From Piromyces finnis finn (taxonomy: Eukaryota > Fungi > Neocallimastigomycota), in contig MCFH01000020.1 in the NCBI GenBank assembly GCA_002104945.1, positions 620,001-684,000 of the forward strand: a stretch of 64,000 nucleotides of DNA. The letters run 5' to 3'. How positions within the stretch are numbered: position 1 is the stretch's first letter; the number at the start of each line of letters is the position of its first letter. Positions 60,814-64,000 of the stretch are shown here, piece by piece. Made by a program: the position numbers and the translations under genes. Under the pieces are notes generated by a model. That model did not search any database. It was not told the origin of the DNA and saw nothing but the letters and a program-made list of their open reading frames with translations.

Positions 60814-62518
60814 AATAAAGAAATTACCATTTTAACAACAATAATAGAAATGTCATGTTGATTTTGGAATAAAAAAGAAATTACAATCATTCACAAAATT
60901 ATTAGATATTATTGAAATTCTATTGCTATTTCATATATATTAATTTTTAAGATTACAAAATACTATCTTTTTAAATATTAATATAAATATTTTTATAGAA
61001 AAAGTTTTTTAATTTAATAAAGTTTTAAAAATATATATAATTGTAAATTTATATATATTTTTACAATTACTCATCATAACTTTTAACTTTTATGTTAAAT
61101 TATATAATCATAATTATTAGATTATTATATATTTATCATCATCAATTAGTATAGAAATTTACTGTATGAAAAGTTAATAATATCTGTCCATCACCAAAAG
61201 CATAACTATTAAAAATTGTTGTTTATCATACTTTTTAATATTTAAAACCAATTATTCAGATTTTACTTTTTAATTTTTTTAAAAAAAAAAAAAGAAGCAT
61301 AAAATATTATTGTGTAACCTAAAAGTAAAAAAAGTAAACATTTGACATTTATATTAGAGAATACTAAAATTTTTTTAAATAGTATTTATATGTTATTTCT
61401 TTTTATACAGTAATTACAATAGGATTACTATTTACAAATAATTTCATGCTTTTCTATTAATATTTGTAAAGTAGGAATATTATTACTATTGAAAAAAAAA
61501 AAATAATTTTATCTTTTTAATTCAAAGTATATTTATTATTTCATAAAATACACAATTAAAACCAAGAGATAGTTAACCAAAATGAATGTTTAACTGTTGA
61601 CTTTTAATTTCAAATTGGTTGACATATGAAAATAATATATAATAAAGTTTACAATGCCTATGATAAATACTATTTTATTATAATTAAAATTAGACTATAT
61701 TAAAAAAAATCTTATTATTAATGAGATTACCGCATTTTTTTTTTATTAATAATAAATATAATTTACCACTCAAAGTTTTTCATATGTTGTTTATAATTTA
61801 TTATATGGTTTAATGTATATTAAATAAATAACCATATTGATTATTCATCTTATATATTGTTATACTATAAACTTTAATAAAATACACAATTTTTTTTAAT
61901 ATAAATTTATTAATTAATAAAGGTAAATCTTTCAATAATATATATAAATTAATTTAAATATTATTAAATAAACTTTTTTATATTATGATTTATAATTATA
62001 TATTATATCTTAATAATATATTAAAATGTATTGTTATAAAAATACTTATGAATAAAGAATTATTCATTTCTATTATATATTATTATATATGAATTTTTTT
62101 TCATTTATTATTAAATAAACTTTTATATTGTGATTATTCATTATTATTCTTAAATATAAATTTATCTTTTTAAAAGATTCTACTATTATATATATATTAA
62201 TTTTTCCTTTTAAATAACTCGATTTAATATTAAATTATATAATTTTTAAATATTTTCATTATATTTATATATATATAAATTTTTTTTTTCTTCCATTATT
62301 TATAATAATATATATACTAAAATATTTCTTTTTTTCAATTTAAATCTTTTTAAAAAAAGAAATTATTTTTGAATTTTTTTGAAAAAAATCTATAAAAAAT
62401 AATTTTTGTAAATCTTAAATTTCAAGAAAAAGCTAGTTCTTTTTTATATATATATATATAATTAATAAAATCTATACAAAATAAAATTTATTGTATTTTA
62501 TTTAGTTAACAATTAAAA

Positions 62519-64000
62519 ATGCGTATTTCAGCTATTTTCAATTCATTACTTCTTGTTTCAGGATCTTACGCCTGGAAATGGGCCAAAAAGGGAAAGGCTT
62601 CAGTTACCAGATATGGTAGTATGGGTATTTTATCTTGTAATTGTAAAATTTCAGCAATGGAAGTTGGTCCAGCTTGTGCTATCAATGAAAATGCCTATGG
62701 TGGTTATGATGGTTTAGGTTCAGGAGTTGCTTGTGGTGTAAATATTATTATATAAAATTTTATTATTGACAATGAAATTAAAATGTTTATTATCAAAGTT
62801 AAATACTAAAAAGTAATACACTACAGTATATATAAAAAGAATACATTAAAAAAATTGACAATGAAATTAAAATATTTATTATCAGAGTTAAATACTAAAA
62901 AGTAATACATTACAGTATATATAAAAAGAATACATTAAAAAAAAAAGTTTTTATAATTAGAACGAAATAACAATAGTAATACAGTAATATGATTATTATA
63001 CAATATAAATTGAAATTCCAATTGAAATAAAATATCCAAATATGCATTTAAGTTTATAAATAAAATTTAAAATAAATCAAATATGATAATTATTAATTGT
63101 AATTGTAAATGAAGCAAATGATAATTCAATATTAAAAAGTTAAAAGATTCAAAATAAGAAGCCAAAGTATAAAAAATCAAAATGAATGATTATTATATAA
63201 ATGTATGAAAAATCAAAATTAAGCCATTTTAACTGTTTTTAATACCTAAAACGTTTATTATAAAAAATAAATAAAATTAATTATACTTGTACAATTCATT
63301 TGAATAAAATAGATGTGTTACAAATTAACTCCATATGGTACTTCTGAAACTGACCAATGGCCAAAATCAGAAGCTGACCTTCCAGGACCAATGGTCTTCA
63401 AGGTTACTGGTAAATATTTAATTGGATAAAGTAGTAAATAATTGTAATTCAGTTATATTAATATTAATATAATCATTAAAAAAATATAAATTAAAATTTT
63501 TAGATATTTGTCCATACAATGCTAATCCAAAATGGTGTCCAAGTCAAGAATCTGCTCCAAAGAACAGTGTTGGTATGGAATATCACTTTGATGTAAGTAT
63601 TTTAATAAATAAATAAAACAATAATAAAAAATTTAAATTGGTATATATTTTCTAATTTTTTTTATATAAATAATGAATATTGATTTGATATATATGTAGA
63701 TTAATGTTGATTCTTGGCAACCAGAAACTCTTATCAAATGGTTCGGTAATGGTTCATTAGGTACAATGAATGTCGAATTCGAATTAGTTTCCTGTGAAGA
63801 ATGGCTCGGTTGGTCAAAGAAGGGAAAATTCGAAGGTCTTGGTGTAAGTAGTGTCAAGTGTTATAATTATTTTAATATTAAAAAATAGTTGAAAAATTAT
63901 TTAATTAAAAAAATGGCAACGCTTATATTATAACTATAACAGGATAATCCATGGTGGGGTTGTTGTCCAGCTAATCCAGTAAATATAATATTTATTAATA
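62519..64000 (+). CDS. Secreted GH45 (subfamily B/C)/expansin-like double-psi beta-barrel protein, running off the window edge
   Basis: Signal peptide; exons read ACAINENAYGG...GVACG/ICYKLT...FKVT/DICP..ANPKWC...NSVGMEYHFD/IN...FELVSCEEW..., then WWGCCPANP. Confidence 0.75.
62766..62943. repeat. Two-copy 89-bp tandem duplication in intron 1 of the GH45-like gene
   Basis: ttgacaatgaaattaaaat...aagaatacattaaaaaaa starts at 62766 and again at 62855, with about 3 differences. Confidence 0.88.

Overview
Extremely AT-rich, intron-dense eukaryotic DNA with many poly-A/T runs and (AAT)n microsatellites. The base composition, a flagellar gene (CFAP58), a beta-helix/7TM receptor and one-repeat-per-exon LRRs suggest an anaerobic gut fungus (Neocallimastigomycota); this is inference. 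About 16 protein-coding genes were assembled by hand from GT-AG exons: WDR59/MTC5, CFAP58, a secreted C-type-lectin-like protein, a Vti1-like SNARE, SCJ1 (ends in KDEL), an RS-rich protein, a GDP-fucose transporter, EFM4, a FYVE + alpha/beta-hydrolase fusion, ITC1, a short supervillin-like gene, an Hsp70-LRR fusion, a degenerate Hsp70-like gene, a beta-helix/EGF/7TM receptor, OTU2, BSD2 and a partial GH45/expansin-like gene. The most striking element is a head-to-head pair at 45050-50870. One gene is an atypical Hsp70 with an intact-looking ATPase site; the ORF track cuts it short, but it splices in frame into a tail of 72-nt LRR exons where the lid and EEVD would be. The other is a divergently transcribed Hsp70-fold probable pseudo-ATPase 657 bp away. 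The layout resembles a paired sensor/helper module. No rRNA, tRNA, CRISPR array or intact transposon was recognised. All family calls come from motif recognition, not database searches.
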